From a bacterium (GTDB taxonomy: Bacteria > Eisenbacteria > RBG-16-71-46), in NCBI GenBank assembly GCA_043779265.1, contig JAYWEM010000096.1:1-38958 (forward strand): 38,958 nt of DNA, written 5' to 3'. The notes beneath the pieces are model-generated. The model saw only the letters and a list, made by a program, of their open reading frames with translations. It did no database searches and was not told the origin of the DNA. Position numbers and translations under genes: made by a program. Shown one piece after another: positions 17,355 to 27,464 of this stretch (within the stretch, counting starts at the first letter, position 1; each line of letters starts with the position of its first letter).

Positions 17355-19217
17355 TCACCTCGATTGGATCAGCACCAGTCGCCTCGTCTCACTCTCTCCC
17401 ATGCCCTGGACACGATAGAAGTACAGGCCATCCGAAGCGCGCGTGCCGTCGGCGCGCACGCCGTTCCAGCGGAACGCGTGCTCGCCGGGCGTCAGCGGGC
17501 CGCGGTGCAACATCGAGACGAGACGCCCGGCCAGGTCGTAGACCCCGACCTCCGCTTCGGAAGCCACGGGCACGCTCACGACGAATCGGGTCTCCGACCC
17601 GAACGGGTTGGGCCGTGCGGCCGAGAGGGTGAGGCGTCGCGCACCGCTCGGCGTCGGCGTCCCGAGCGAGCCCGGCGCGAGCACGGCGCCATCGGGCGCG
17701 GCGAACTCCGCGGACAGCAGCAGCACGTCCGTCGACGGACTCTGCCCGGCTGCGGCCACCAACCGGATCCGCAGCGCGAGGTCTCCCGAGGACGTTGAGG
17801 CGGGTGCGAGCGCCACCAGGGCCAGCGTGAACTCATCGGACGAAAGCTCGTTCACCGTCAACCACGACGCAGCGTCGCCCTCCACTGCCACCTCGGCGCG
17901 ATCGTACACGCCAGCGGGAAGCGTGAAGCGCAATCGGGCCGAGCCGACGAGGTCGGCACCGCTCAGGCGAACCGGCAGGTCGAGCGAGGCGGCCCCAGGC
18001 GCGGGTGAGCCGAGAGCCACACGCAGCCCCGGCGCCGAGCGCGTGGGCAGGCTGTCCGGCAGCGAGCCTCGCAGGATCACGCGGGCGCAGCACAGCACGT
18101 CGTTCACGCCGAGCATGCCATCGCCGTCACAGTCGAACACACTCGAGCCCGAGTCCGGACACGGGCCCGTGCCGATCACACAGCGCGTCATCAGCACCAA
18201 GTCGCGCACGTCGAGGTGCCCATCTCGATTGAAGTCGCAATCGCGGGCGGCGCAGATCCTCGCCGGAGGCACCGCCGCGAACGTCGGGCAGGCCGACACT
18301 TGGTGTCCGAGCGAATCGACGGCGAGCAGGTCGGCCACATCGAGCTTGGTCAGTGGCGGGATCGCGGCGCCAGATCGTGGGGAAACCGTCACCTCGAGCA
18401 CCGGATCGGCGTTCGGGGGGCAGGCCGCAGGCGGGATGCACGGCGAGCCGAACGTGCGACCCTCTGCGGAGAACAGCACGAACTGCGCGCCCGCGGGCGT
18501 GGGGTGCCACGCCACTTGCATGTGCGCGGCGAGACCCACGGCTCGGATACGCGAGATCGCGAGCGCGGACGGATCGAGCGTGAGACGCCCCTGAAGCCCG
18601 GCGAGCGTCGTACCCGTGTTCATGCGGAACAGCACGCGGGCCGGCAGCCCCGGCGCAACGCGCGCATCACATGCAGCGTTCGAGGCGACAGGCCCCCAGT
18701 CGTAGAGGTAGCACGACGAGGACGAGACGCTGCAACGCTCGGCGACTGTGAACGCTTCCCAGCCCGAGTGGATCGTGATCGGCGTGCGCGACGTGTCGCA
18801 CCAACTCACCTCGGCGATCTCGACCTTCAAGTGATAGTCACCGGCCGGGAGCGCGGGCAGCATCTCCCTCGACTGCCACCGCATCGACTGATCCAGACAC
18901 GGCATGCCGAGGCAGTCGTTGCGTGCGATGTACGCTCGCACGATAGGGGGCACCGGGAGCGGCGTCGTGACAGGCGAGGCGATCAGCTCCAAGCCGCGGA
19001 ACTGGAAGCACGAGTTGGGCAGCGCACCCGCGATCAAGAACGGGATCGGCCGATCCGGGCAGATCGCGGGCGGCGGGCACGTGACGCAACTCGGGAGCGG
19101 GCCGACGTCGACCCGGCCGACGAACGGCAGCGAGTCGGCCGGAAACGGATCGCTGCCGGCCCATGCCGATCCGGCCATCAGACCGAGTCCGAGGATGAGC
19201 AGTTGTGCGAGGCGCAC
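17355..19217 (-). CDS. Secreted Cys-rich multidomain protein with dockerin-like repeat pair, cohesin-like domains and FlgD-Ig-like C-terminal domain
   Basis: SD GGAGGTG; signal peptide ending AWA-G; DFNRDGHLDVRDL and DCDGDGMLGVNDV; C-terminal PNPF..VYDLAGRLV..WNG..GLYFY. Confidence 0.85.
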   Translation of the reverse strand: MRLAQLLILGLGLMAGSAWAGSDPFPADSLPFVGRVDVGPLPSCVTCPPPAICPDRPIPFLIAGALPNSCFQFRGLELIASPVTTPLPVPPIVRAYIARNDCLGMPCLDQSMRWQSREMLPALPAGDYHLKVEIAEVSWCDTSRTPITIHSGWEAFTVAERCSVSSSSCYLYDWGPVASNAACDARVAPGLPARVLFRMNTGTTLAGLQGRLTLDPSALAISRIRAVGLAAHMQVAWHPTPAGAQFVLFSAEGRTFGSPCIPPAACPPNADPVLEVTVSPRSGAAIPPLTKLDVADLLAVDSLGHQVSACPTFAAVPPARICAARDCDFNRDGHLDVRDLVLMTRCVIGTGPCPDSGSSVFDCDGDGMLGVNDVLCCARVILRGSLPDSLPTRSAPGLRVALGSPAPGAASLDLPVRLSGADLVGSARLRFTLPAGVYDRAEVAVEGDAASWLTVNELSSDEFTLALVALAPASTSSGDLALRIRLVAAAGQSPSTDVLLLSAEFAAPDGAVLAPGSLGTPTPSGARRLTLSAARPNPFGSETRFVVSVPVASEAEVGVYDLAGRLVSMLHRGPLTPGEHAFRWNGVRADGTRASDGLYFYRVQGMGESETRRLVLIQSR

Positions 19218-19432
19218 GAGTCACCTCCAGAAGAGTGCAGGGGGGCGAACGCGCAGATGGCAGCGTTCACGGTTCGGCCCTGCCGCGAGACCCGGTCGCA
19301 GTCGGAGCCCCATGAAGGTCGCCCTGCCACCACTGCATGTCAATGGCCGATGTGGGGTCGTGAACGGGTTGCCGAGTCGCGCCGGCATGCTAACTTGCCG
19401 CGTCGCGCACCCAACCCCACCAGGAGGCCGTC

Positions 19433-20182
19433 ATGCCGGATCCCCAGTCCCAGATGGTGATGTGGGTCAACAGCATCGCCCAGACCGCGACCGCCAACGG
19501 CGGCACCGTGGTGATGAAGTACTCCCAGTCGCTGCCGCCGACGAGCACACTCATCGGCATGTTCGGCGCGACCAAGGGCGGCATCTGCCAGGCGCTCACG
19601 AACAAGTGGATCGCCGAGCACGCCGCCGGCGGCAGCCTGTGGAACTGGTTGTGCAGTTCGAGTGGCCAAGTGCAGCCGAGCAAGATCTCGAACCTCATGA
19701 TGAATTTCATCGACTCGGCGTCGATGAGCGCACCGGGTGGCATCGACCGGCAGAAACTGATCTCCGAGAAGTACCTGTTCCAATACGGAGTCATCCGCCG
19801 GACGGACATCGTCTCTGGTGAGCGGCTCTATCTGGAGGGCATGGGGAACCTCGCACCCAACCCGGCCTACGGCGCCACGGTCGCCAAGGCGGTCGTCGGG
19901 CAGGGCCTCAAGAACTCAGGCGGCTGCTACCGCATGATCAGCTTCAAGGGAACCGGCGGCGGCCATGTCGTGGCGGCGTGGGTGGCCGAGGACGTGGCGT
20001 TCTTCGACTCCAACTTCGGCGAGTTCTGGTTCGAGAAGCCGGCGAATTTCGCCAAGTGGTTCCCGATGTTCTGGCAGAAGGCCGGATACGGCCAGATGTT
20101 CGGCGGCTGCCAGATTCGCGATTTCGCCATGAAGAAGGGTCACGTCACGGCGCGCCCCGGCAATCAGATGGGGCGCGTCTGA
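19433..20182 (+). CDS. YopT/AvrPphB-like (peptidase C58) cysteine protease domain protein
   Basis: SD AGGAGG; GICQALTNKW (Cys), GHVVAA (His) and FFDSNFGEFWF (Asp) in the order and spacing typical of C58; no signal peptide. Confidence 0.78.
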   Translation: MPDPQSQMVMWVNSIAQTATANGGTVVMKYSQSLPPTSTLIGMFGATKGGICQALTNKWIAEHAAGGSLWNWLCSSSGQVQPSKISNLMMNFIDSASMSAPGGIDRQKLISEKYLFQYGVIRRTDIVSGERLYLEGMGNLAPNPAYGATVAKAVVGQGLKNSGGCYRMISFKGTGGGHVVAAWVAEDVAFFDSNFGEFWFEKPANFAKWFPMFWQKAGYGQMFGGCQIRDFAMKKGHVTARPGNQMGRV

Positions 20183-20198
20183 CGGTCGGCTACTGAAC

Positions 20199-20236
20199 GA
20201 CGAAGCCCTCGCCGGTCCGCCGGCGAGGGCTTCGTC
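20199..20236. terminator. Strong hairpin, probable terminator between convergent genes
   Basis: Perfect 17-bp stem GACGAAGCCCTCGCCGG / CCGGCGAGGGCTTCGTC with a 4-nt loop, followed by TTGCTT. Confidence 0.8.
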
Positions 20237-20282
20237 TTGCTTCGAGTGCACGCAGGCGAGTCGTCGCCCGAGACGTCGTGTG

Positions 20283-20813
20283 TCAGCCCTTCAACTTCTG
20301 CAGCGCTCTCCAACTCGGCTCACGCAGATCGGTCTCCGGGTCGTCCCCGTCGAGCGCCGTGATGATCGGCCTCAGCATCGGTTCGAGCCCGCCGTGAGCG
20401 ACAGCGTGCAGCACGTCACGACAGCCGCGGCGGAGTATCGAGGACTCGTGCCGCTTCATCAGGCCCTCGAGCACCGACACGAGCGCTTCGCGGCCGATGG
20501 CGATCAGCGCCGCCCTGGCGAGTCCCCGCACATCCTCGCTGTCGTCCTCGAGGGCGGTCACGAGGTCCATGGCCGATCTCGGATCCGCCACGGCAACGAG
20601 GATGGTGGCGATCTCCGCTCGGACGACCGGCTCGGGATCCTGCAGCAGTGGCAACAACTGCGGCACCGCTCGCACACCGATGGTGGTGAGCGTGGCACGA
20701 GCCTGCCGCCGCACCACCTCGTCCCGGCTCCGGATTTCGGTGAGGAGCAACTCGAGACGTGGAGCCGCGATGCGTGAGCCGGCTTTCGCCGGGGGCCGTC
20801 GCTGGAGTGTCAT
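20283..20813 (-). CDS. HEAT-repeat protein
   Basis: Repeats of DEVVRRQARATL, AVPQLLPLLQDPEPVVRAE and LVTALEDDSEDVRGLA; ATG directly follows the upstream TAG. Confidence 0.8.
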   Translation of the reverse strand: MTLQRRPPAKAGSRIAAPRLELLLTEIRSRDEVVRRQARATLTTIGVRAVPQLLPLLQDPEPVVRAEIATILVAVADPRSAMDLVTALEDDSEDVRGLARAALIAIGREALVSVLEGLMKRHESSILRRGCRDVLHAVAHGGLEPMLRPIITALDGDDPETDLREPSWRALQKLKG

Positions 20814-21749
20814 CTACTTGGAGAGCCCGAACAGCGCCGAGGACACCCAACCCTCATTGCCCAGTTCGTCCGACACCTTCCACCACACGCCCTCTTTCTC
20901 ACCCGTCGGGTAGAGCATCATGCCGGGATCGAGGTCCCGCACCACCGCGGACTTGGGATCGGCCTTCGAGTACATGCGACCGGGCTTGGCCATCGTGACG
21001 GCCTGCGCGACATTGTCGCCCTTGGCGTCGGGCGTGTTGGTCTGCACTTCCTCGATCAGCTTCTTGACGGCATCGAGGTAGGCCATCGCCACCACCTGCC
21101 CGATCTCGGTGTTGGAGTAACTGCTCGCGCCGAGGGCGGCGAAGCCACCGAAGTAGCTGCCGGCACCCGCGCCCCAGCCGAGGTTCGTCTTCTTGGCGTG
21201 CCCCTGCACGATCGCCACCTGCTCGGTCGAGCGGATGTCCGTGAGCGTCAGCACGACATCGGCGGTCTTGCTCTTCAGATTGACGCCGCCGACCAATGCC
21301 CCGGCGCGGCCGCCGACGAGGCCACCGATCGCGGCGCCGAGGCGCTTGCCGCCCGAGTTCGCGTTCTTGTTGACGATATCCGGCACCAGCACGTAGTCGG
21401 CCGCCTTCATCTGGCCCTTGCCGACGTTGGAGCCGACCCGCGTCTCGCCCGAACCTGCGAGCGCGCGCTCGGCCTTGGCGGCATCGAGGCCCTTGCCCCG
21501 GTCGAGCAGCGTGAAGCACTTGCACTCGTTCAGGTAGGCCTTGATGACCGCCTCGGGCGACTCGAGCCCGTACGACGTCCACCACTTGTTCTCGGGCTCA
21601 TGCACCGCCAGCGTGCCGATCTTCTTGGTACAGACGGGGAGCTTCGATTCGTCGCCATCCTTGGCCGAAGCCATCGGCGCAACTCCCAGCACGGACACGG
21701 CCAGCAGCATCGCGGCGGCGGAATGGATGATCGAGATGGAACGGTTCAT
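20814..21749 (-). CDS. CsgG/HfaB-like secreted protein with C-terminal SH3-like domain
   Basis: SD GGAGGAGG; signal peptide; CFTLLDRG..ERAL..KAADYVL..Gly-zipper..LTDIRSTEQV; C-terminal MYSKADPKS..WWKV..EGWVSS. Confidence 0.85.
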   Translation of the reverse strand: MNRSISIIHSAAAMLLAVSVLGVAPMASAKDGDESKLPVCTKKIGTLAVHEPENKWWTSYGLESPEAVIKAYLNECKCFTLLDRGKGLDAAKAERALAGSGETRVGSNVGKGQMKAADYVLVPDIVNKNANSGGKRLGAAIGGLVGGRAGALVGGVNLKSKTADVVLTLTDIRSTEQVAIVQGHAKKTNLGWGAGAGSYFGGFAALGASSYSNTEIGQVVAMAYLDAVKKLIEEVQTNTPDAKGDNVAQAVTMAKPGRMYSKADPKSAVVRDLDPGMMLYPTGEKEGVWWKVSDELGNEGWVSSALFGLSK

Positions 21750-21972
21750 GGTATCGCCCTCCTCCGAACGGATCGGTGTTCCAAAGGTCGCATCTCGGCC
21801 CGGCGCATCGTGTCGACGTCCGCCGACGGGATGCCAGGGCCCACCTGTCCTTCATGGAGCATTGCGCGAACGGGCGGCGAGAACCGTCATCGCCCAAGGG
21901 GATCGCGCGTCGGTCGGCAGACTAGCACTCACCGGGGCCGTGGACACGGGCCGGAGATCCGAGCTCAGCGGC

Positions 21973-24651
21973 TCAGCGGCTCAGCAGACCCGTCCAGTCG
22001 AGCAGGAGCCGCAGCGATCTCGCTTGGACCGCGCCGCTCGGCCGGCTCACCAGGAATCGCTCCCCATCTCTGGTGTCCATGGACCTCACGCCGAGCGGGA
22101 TCCTGAAGAGTCGTTCAGCCGCACCGGGCTCGAGCCGGTCGCCGACCAGACGAAGCGGCACGCTGACCAGATCACCCGATCCGTCCGGATACAGCAACTC
22201 CTCACCTCGCCGACCCCAGTGGATCGTCAGACCACGGGCCCGGCCGACCTGGACGCGATGGCCCGGCTGAGGATACGAGTCGATGAAGACCGAGTAGTGC
22301 CCCGATTCGGCCTGCGTCCAAGCAGCCCACTTCCCGTCGGGCGAGATCCGCGCGACGCGCTCGAACGAGGGACTCCTGACGTAGGATTCAGGCGCGCCGC
22401 CCTCGATCGGAATCGTCCACAGATCCCACTGGGTCCCCTCCTTACGCTCGATCGGCTTGCTCATCGCCGCAAGCAGCAGCGTGCGTCCGTCCGGGGCCCA
22501 GTCGGCGACCTCCTGGAACTGGAAGTCCGAGGTGGCGAGCGGCGCCTCGCGACCGCTGCCGGCGGGATCGATCAGCTGCATGCGAGGCCCTTCGGGCGTC
22601 TCGACATCGAGTGCGATCGAGCGCGCATCCGGCGACCATGCAGTGCTGAGCCAGGGCCGGATGCCGCGCTTGAGCCTCGTCGCAATGGATCGATCGAGGT
22701 CGATGCGCCACAGGTCATGGCCTTGCATCGCCGTAGCCGAGCGCCCATCTCGCGAGAGCCGCCCGACTTCCCAATCGCCCTCGGTCAGCTCGATCCGGCC
22801 GCGCGTCGCACCACTGCGGTCCAACCACTCGAGTTCTGCGATAGGCGGCTGGATGACCGGCAGCATCAATCGCCGGTTCCTCGAGGCCGAGGCCACCGGC
22901 TCAGCCGTCAGGTCGGAGGCGGCCGGGGCATCCATCAACCCGATCTGCTCGCCGGTCAGCTCGAGTCGCCTGGTGTCGAATCGCTGCGCCATCACCTTGC
23001 CGCCCTGCGTGAACACGAGGTAGCCGGGCTCGGCGAACACCGGCGCACAGTCCGCCTCCATGATGCGCTTGACCTTGCTGCTGCCGAGCGAGCCGACGAA
23101 CACGTCGAAGCCGCGCGGCCCGGCCGGAAGCGCGACGAACAGGAAGTGCTCCCCGTCGGGGAGGAAACAGGGGAATCGATGCGCCACGTGCCGAGCAACG
23201 GTGTCCAGTGTCGTCGCCTGCTCGATGGCCCCGCCGCTGGCGCGCATGCGAATCAACGGCCCCGAGGCCTCTGGAGCGAACACGATGACTTCCTTGCGCC
23301 CCCAACTGGCGCCACGGCCCCAGCTGGCATCGGCAATGCGCGTGGTCGTGCCGCCGGAGATCGGCAAGCGGAGGAGGCCGTCGCCTGCGAAGAAGACGAT
23401 GGACCGCCCATCGGGCGACCACGCCGGCATACTTGCATCCTCCGTACCGGGCAACGAGATCGGACTCTCCGAGCGGAGATCCCAGTACCAGAGCGCCTTG
23501 GTGCCCCCGGACTTCGAGGCGACCGAGACGAGCGCGTCCCCATTGGGCGAAAGAGCATTGTCGGACCAGACATCGGAAACTTGTAGATCGCTCGGCACCG
23601 GGACTCGCAGGACCATCGCAGGCGCGCGGCGGCCGAGCATCAGGACGGCCATGCTCGCCGCTGCGATCAGGCCCAGCAGCCCGACGATCCACGGCAGGCG
23701 TCCGAGCCAGACGCTCGCCGCGCCGCGCTTCGCGTGACTCGCCGTGACCGCGTGCAGCCCCGAGCCCGAGCCGCCCTCGGCGATCCACTGCAGCTGCAAC
23801 TTCACGTCATGCGCGCTCTGGATACGATCGGAGGCGTCCTTCGTGAGACACGCCGTGACCACGCGTTCGAGCCCCGGCGGCGAGAGCGGCGCCACCTGCG
23901 AGATGGGCGCAGGAGTCACGTGCATGATCGCCGCGATCAGCGAGGCTTGGCTCGTGCCCTCGAACGCGCGCTGTCCGGTGGCCATCTCGTGCAGCACACA
24001 ACCCAGTGCCCACAGGTCGCAGCGGGCATCCGCCTCGCGGCCCTCCAGCTGCTCGGGCGCCATGTACTGGAACGTGCCGACGATGGTGCCCTCGGTGGTC
24101 AGAGGCGCCGCCACCGTGGGCGACTGCGTGAGCGCCGCCTGCGTGATACCGCTGCCACCGGCGGGACCGCTCATGCCTGTGGCGCGAGCGAGGCCGAAGT
24201 CCATCAACTTGGCGCCGCTCTTGGTGAGCATGACGTTGCCGGGCTTGAGGTCTCGATGCACGACGCCGGCGCGATGGGCACGATCGAGTGCGTCCGCGAT
24301 CTGTGCGCCCAGCTTGAGCACCTCGGCCGCGGGCAGCGCGCCCTTCGTGAGTCGCTGCGCCAGCGTCTCGCCTTCGACCAGTTCGAGCACGAGATAGTCG
24401 GTCTCACCCTCTCGGCCCACGTCGTGCAACGTGCAGATGTGCGGATGATTGAGACTCGAGACGGCGCGTGCCTCGCGCTCGAATCGCGCCCGCAGCTCGG
24501 GGTTGGCCGAGAGGTGCTGCGGCAGCACCTTGATCGCCACGTCGCGACCGAGACGCGAGTCGTGGGCGCGGTACACCTCGCCCATGCCGCCTGCCCCGAG
24601 GGGCGAGACGATCTCGTAGGGACCGAGCCGGGCGCCGGGCGTGAGCGTCAT
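21973..24651 (-). CDS. Membrane Ser/Thr kinase with C-terminal TolB/PD40-like beta-propeller
   Basis: Start at ATG 24651 (TGATG coupling). [27 protein letters not shown] and YMAPE; TM helix; WSPDG, FLPDG and ISPDG repeats. Confidence 0.95.
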   Translation of the reverse strand: MTLTPGARLGPYEIVSPLGAGGMGEVYRAHDSRLGRDVAIKVLPQHLSANPELRARFEREARAVSSLNHPHICTLHDVGREGETDYLVLELVEGETLAQRLTKGALPAAEVLKLGAQIADALDRAHRAGVVHRDLKPGNVMLTKSGAKLMDFGLARATGMSGPAGGSGITQAALTQSPTVAAPLTTEGTIVGTFQYMAPEQLEGREADARCDLWALGCVLHEMATGQRAFEGTSQASLIAAIMHVTPAPISQVAPLSPPGLERVVTACLTKDASDRIQSAHDVKLQLQWIAEGGSGSGLHAVTASHAKRGAASVWLGRLPWIVGLLGLIAAASMAVLMLGRRAPAMVLRVPVPSDLQVSDVWSDNALSPNGDALVSVASKSGGTKALWYWDLRSESPISLPGTEDASMPAWSPDGRSIVFFAGDGLLRLPISGGTTTRIADASWGRGASWGRKEVIVFAPEASGPLIRMRASGGAIEQATTLDTVARHVAHRFPCFLPDGEHFLFVALPAGPRGFDVFVGSLGSSKVKRIMEADCAPVFAEPGYLVFTQGGKVMAQRFDTRRLELTGEQIGLMDAPAASDLTAEPVASASRNRRLMLPVIQPPIAELEWLDRSGATRGRIELTEGDWEVGRLSRDGRSATAMQGHDLWRIDLDRSIATRLKRGIRPWLSTAWSPDARSIALDVETPEGPRMQLIDPAGSGREAPLATSDFQFQEVADWAPDGRTLLLAAMSKPIERKEGTQWDLWTIPIEGGAPESYVRSPSFERVARISPDGKWAAWTQAESGHYSVFIDSYPQPGHRVQVGRARGLTIHWGRRGEELLYPDGSGDLVSVPLRLVGDRLEPGAAERLFRIPLGVRSMDTRDGERFLVSRPSGAVQARSLRLLLDWTGLLSR

Positions 24652-27350
24652 CAGCGGCTCTTCCTCGCCCGGATCATCTCGTCGATGCGCGCGCCCCAAC
24701 CGACTGATACCGCCACTTCACGACGCTCCTCGGTCCCGGTGGGCGGTCGCGTGAAGAGGAAACGATCATGTCGATGATCGTAAGAATAGTCCCGGAACGT
24801 GATGTCCGTTGGGGAGCCGGGCGGCTCGAACAGCGCGACCGGCTGGGAGAACACGAGATCCCCGCTCTGCTCACGGACCATGACGGACTTGAGCAGTTCG
24901 CGTTCCACGAAGAACAACTCGGAGCCTCCACGGCCCCAGCGCGCGCCGCCGCCGCCTTGTGTACTCACTTGCCAGGGCCCCCTCGTGCCGTCGAGGCTGC
25001 GCACGAATACCTCCTCGCGCCCGGTTCGATTCGAGATATAGACGAGCCACCTGCCGTCGGGCGAGAAATTGGCCGCCAGTTCATACATGTTCGGGCCCGC
25101 ATCCGTCGCGATCTGCTCTGAGCGAGGGTTCTCCCCCAGAGTGGCGAAGTACATGCGGCCGCTCGCCGATCCCCAGTCGGCGAAGAGCACACGCGAGCCG
25201 TCCCGCGAGACATCCCCGAGAGTGGTGCTCTGAGAAACCTCGAGAAGCGTACGCGCGCCTCGCCCCGAGTGGAGTCGGCGTTCCTCCAAGAATCCGTGGC
25301 CGAGCGAATCCGCGTGCGCGTGGATGAAGCCTGAACCATCGGGCAACCACGCGACATTGTTCGTCCTGCCCGAGTAGGTGAGTCGCCGCATCCCGCCGCT
25401 TGCGAGATCCGCGAGCCAGATGTCGAGTGCACCGCCCCCCGGACCCACTCCGACCAATGCGCTCGAGCCATCCGGTGAGATGGCGAGATCTCGATAGTCG
25501 CCGGGTCGGATCGGGGTCGGGCTCCAAGCACCGGAGCGATCGAACCAGCCGACCTCACGCTCAATTCCGAAAGCATCCGAGGGCACCCAGGCAAGCGTAC
25601 CGTCGCGGGCGAGACTCATGAACGAAGCTCCCGAGGAGGCCTCGCCGCCGACCGCCTCCACAACCGGAACGGGCTCGTCGACGACCTTGGGATTCCTGGG
25701 ATCGATCCTCACGGCGAAGAGCGTTCCCTTGCGATCGAAGACCAGATGGCCTGGCGCCGCCCACATCGCGCGCCGGGCACCTCGCAGCAGGTTCCGGCGT
25801 TCGCCCGTCCGGACCGAGACGGCGTCGATGTCGGAACCATCGTAGTCGCCAGGACTGCTCTTGAGCCCCACCGTGAACACCACCCACGGCCCACCATCGA
25901 GTGCATCCGGCCAGCGATGCGTGCGCTCTTGCCGCGTCGAGTCGAGCTGCGTGAGCGATTGGGCAGGTCCGCCTCCCTTGGGAAGTCGAGCCAGCGGTTG
26001 CGTCGCATCGGGGCTGAAGACGATCGTGCCGTCATCCAACCACACGCCGCCTCGGTCCTGCGTGCCGGGCGAGAGTGCGATCGGAGCGCCGCCATGGACT
26101 GACACCTTGAGCAGGTTCTGCGTGTCGAAGTAGGCGACCCACTCACCATCGGGAGAGAAGAACAGATCGCGGGCATCCTGGGTTCCCGGAATCGAGATCT
26201 CCTCGCGCCGATCCAGTCGCCGGACGTGCACTTGCAGGCCGTCCTCCGAGCGCGCGACGAATGCGATCGCGCGTCCACTGGGCGAGAGCGCCATGAAGTG
26301 ATTGGAGCCATTCGCTGCGAGTCGTGTTCCGTGCGGAAGCATGACGCTCAGTTCCTGCGTGGCCGAGGTGGGCGCGGGGCGCTGGAGGGAGCTCACCGCG
26401 AGACCCGTGATCGCGCTGGCCAGCACCACCGCCGACACGAGGCCCACGACTCCCGCCCCAGCTGGCTTGGAAGCCGGAGCGATCGCATCAGGCTCGCGCT
26501 CCTTCAACTCGAGTCGCGCATCTCCGATGTCGCGCAACCGATCACGCGCGTCCTTGCGAAGGCAGCGCTCGAGGACTCGGCGCACCGCGCTCGGCGTCGT
26601 ATCGGGCAGAGCGCTCCAATCCGGCTCGCTCTTGAGGATCTGGGCGACCAGGTCCGACACGGTCTCGCCCGTGTGCAGCGGGCGGCCCGCCAGGCACTCG
26701 TAAAGCACGCAGCCATAGGACCAGATGTCCGTGCGGCGGTCGACGGCTCGGCCACGCGCCTGCTCGGGGCTCATGTAGGCGGCCGTTCCGAGGATCGTGC
26801 CGGCCTCCGTGGCGGCATAAGTCATCGTCGGCGATGCCGAGAGGTTGGCATCGGGCGATGAGCCCCCCGGACCTGCGCTCTTCGCCAGTCCGAAGTCGAG
26901 CACCTTCACCTGCCCCGAGCCGGTGAGCATGATATTTCCGGGCTTGAGGTCGCGGTGGATGATGCCCGCATCGTGCGCGGCTTCGAGCGCCAGCGCGACC
27001 TGGCTCGCCACGTCGATTGCCTCATCCATCGGCAGAGCACCGCGACGCAGACGGTCGGAGAGCGTCATGCCATCGACGAACTCGAGGATGAGATAGCGCT
27101 GACCATCATGCTCCTCGAGGCCGTGGATGCCCGCGATGTTGGCGTGGCTCAAGCTGGCGAGCAGCTTGGCCTCACGCTCGAATCGCGCCAGACGATCGGG
27201 GTCGCGCGCGAACGCGTCGGGCAGCGCCTTGATCGCCACATCGCGCCCGAGCCGCGAGTCGCGAGCGCGGTGCACCTCGCCCATTCCGCCAGCCCCGAGG
27301 GGCGAGACGATCTCGTAGGGACCGAGCGAACTTCCGGGGGTCAGGGGCAT
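24651..27350 (-). CDS. Membrane Ser/Thr kinase with C-terminal TolB/PD40-like beta-propeller (paralog of the neighbour)
   Basis: [27 protein letters not shown] and YMSPEQ; TM helix; repeated FSPDG motifs. Confidence 0.95.
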   Translation of the reverse strand: MPLTPGSSLGPYEIVSPLGAGGMGEVHRARDSRLGRDVAIKALPDAFARDPDRLARFEREAKLLASLSHANIAGIHGLEEHDGQRYLILEFVDGMTLSDRLRRGALPMDEAIDVASQVALALEAAHDAGIIHRDLKPGNIMLTGSGQVKVLDFGLAKSAGPGGSSPDANLSASPTMTYAATEAGTILGTAAYMSPEQARGRAVDRRTDIWSYGCVLYECLAGRPLHTGETVSDLVAQILKSEPDWSALPDTTPSAVRRVLERCLRKDARDRLRDIGDARLELKEREPDAIAPASKPAGAGVVGLVSAVVLASAITGLAVSSLQRPAPTSATQELSVMLPHGTRLAANGSNHFMALSPSGRAIAFVARSEDGLQVHVRRLDRREEISIPGTQDARDLFFSPDGEWVAYFDTQNLLKVSVHGGAPIALSPGTQDRGGVWLDDGTIVFSPDATQPLARLPKGGGPAQSLTQLDSTRQERTHRWPDALDGGPWVVFTVGLKSSPGDYDGSDIDAVSVRTGERRNLLRGARRAMWAAPGHLVFDRKGTLFAVRIDPRNPKVVDEPVPVVEAVGGEASSGASFMSLARDGTLAWVPSDAFGIEREVGWFDRSGAWSPTPIRPGDYRDLAISPDGSSALVGVGPGGGALDIWLADLASGGMRRLTYSGRTNNVAWLPDGSGFIHAHADSLGHGFLEERRLHSGRGARTLLEVSQSTTLGDVSRDGSRVLFADWGSASGRMYFATLGENPRSEQIATDAGPNMYELAANFSPDGRWLVYISNRTGREEVFVRSLDGTRGPWQVSTQGGGGARWGRGGSELFFVERELLKSVMVREQSGDLVFSQPVALFEPPGSPTDITFRDYSYDHRHDRFLFTRPPTGTEERREVAVSVGWGARIDEMIRARKSR

Positions 27351-27464
27351 CGCCCGGGAACCTACATCAGAGAGCGAGCGGAGGTGGAGGTGAGCTTCGC
27401 GGTCTCAGCGACTCGTTCGCGCGCGGAACGTCTCGTCACGGACTTCAGGGCCGCGACACCCCGC

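Noticed and set aside
21963..21986. Three copies of GCTCAGC(G/A) around the kinase stop codon
   Set aside because: Short local tandem repeat with no spacers; not CRISPR, and no function is evident.
4202..23586. Long alternative ORFs such as 4202..5668, 10571..12238, 15817..17418, 18216..19460 and 21541..23586
   Set aside because: They are antisense to well-supported genes, Arg-rich and motif-free, as expected in high-GC DNA with few stop codons.
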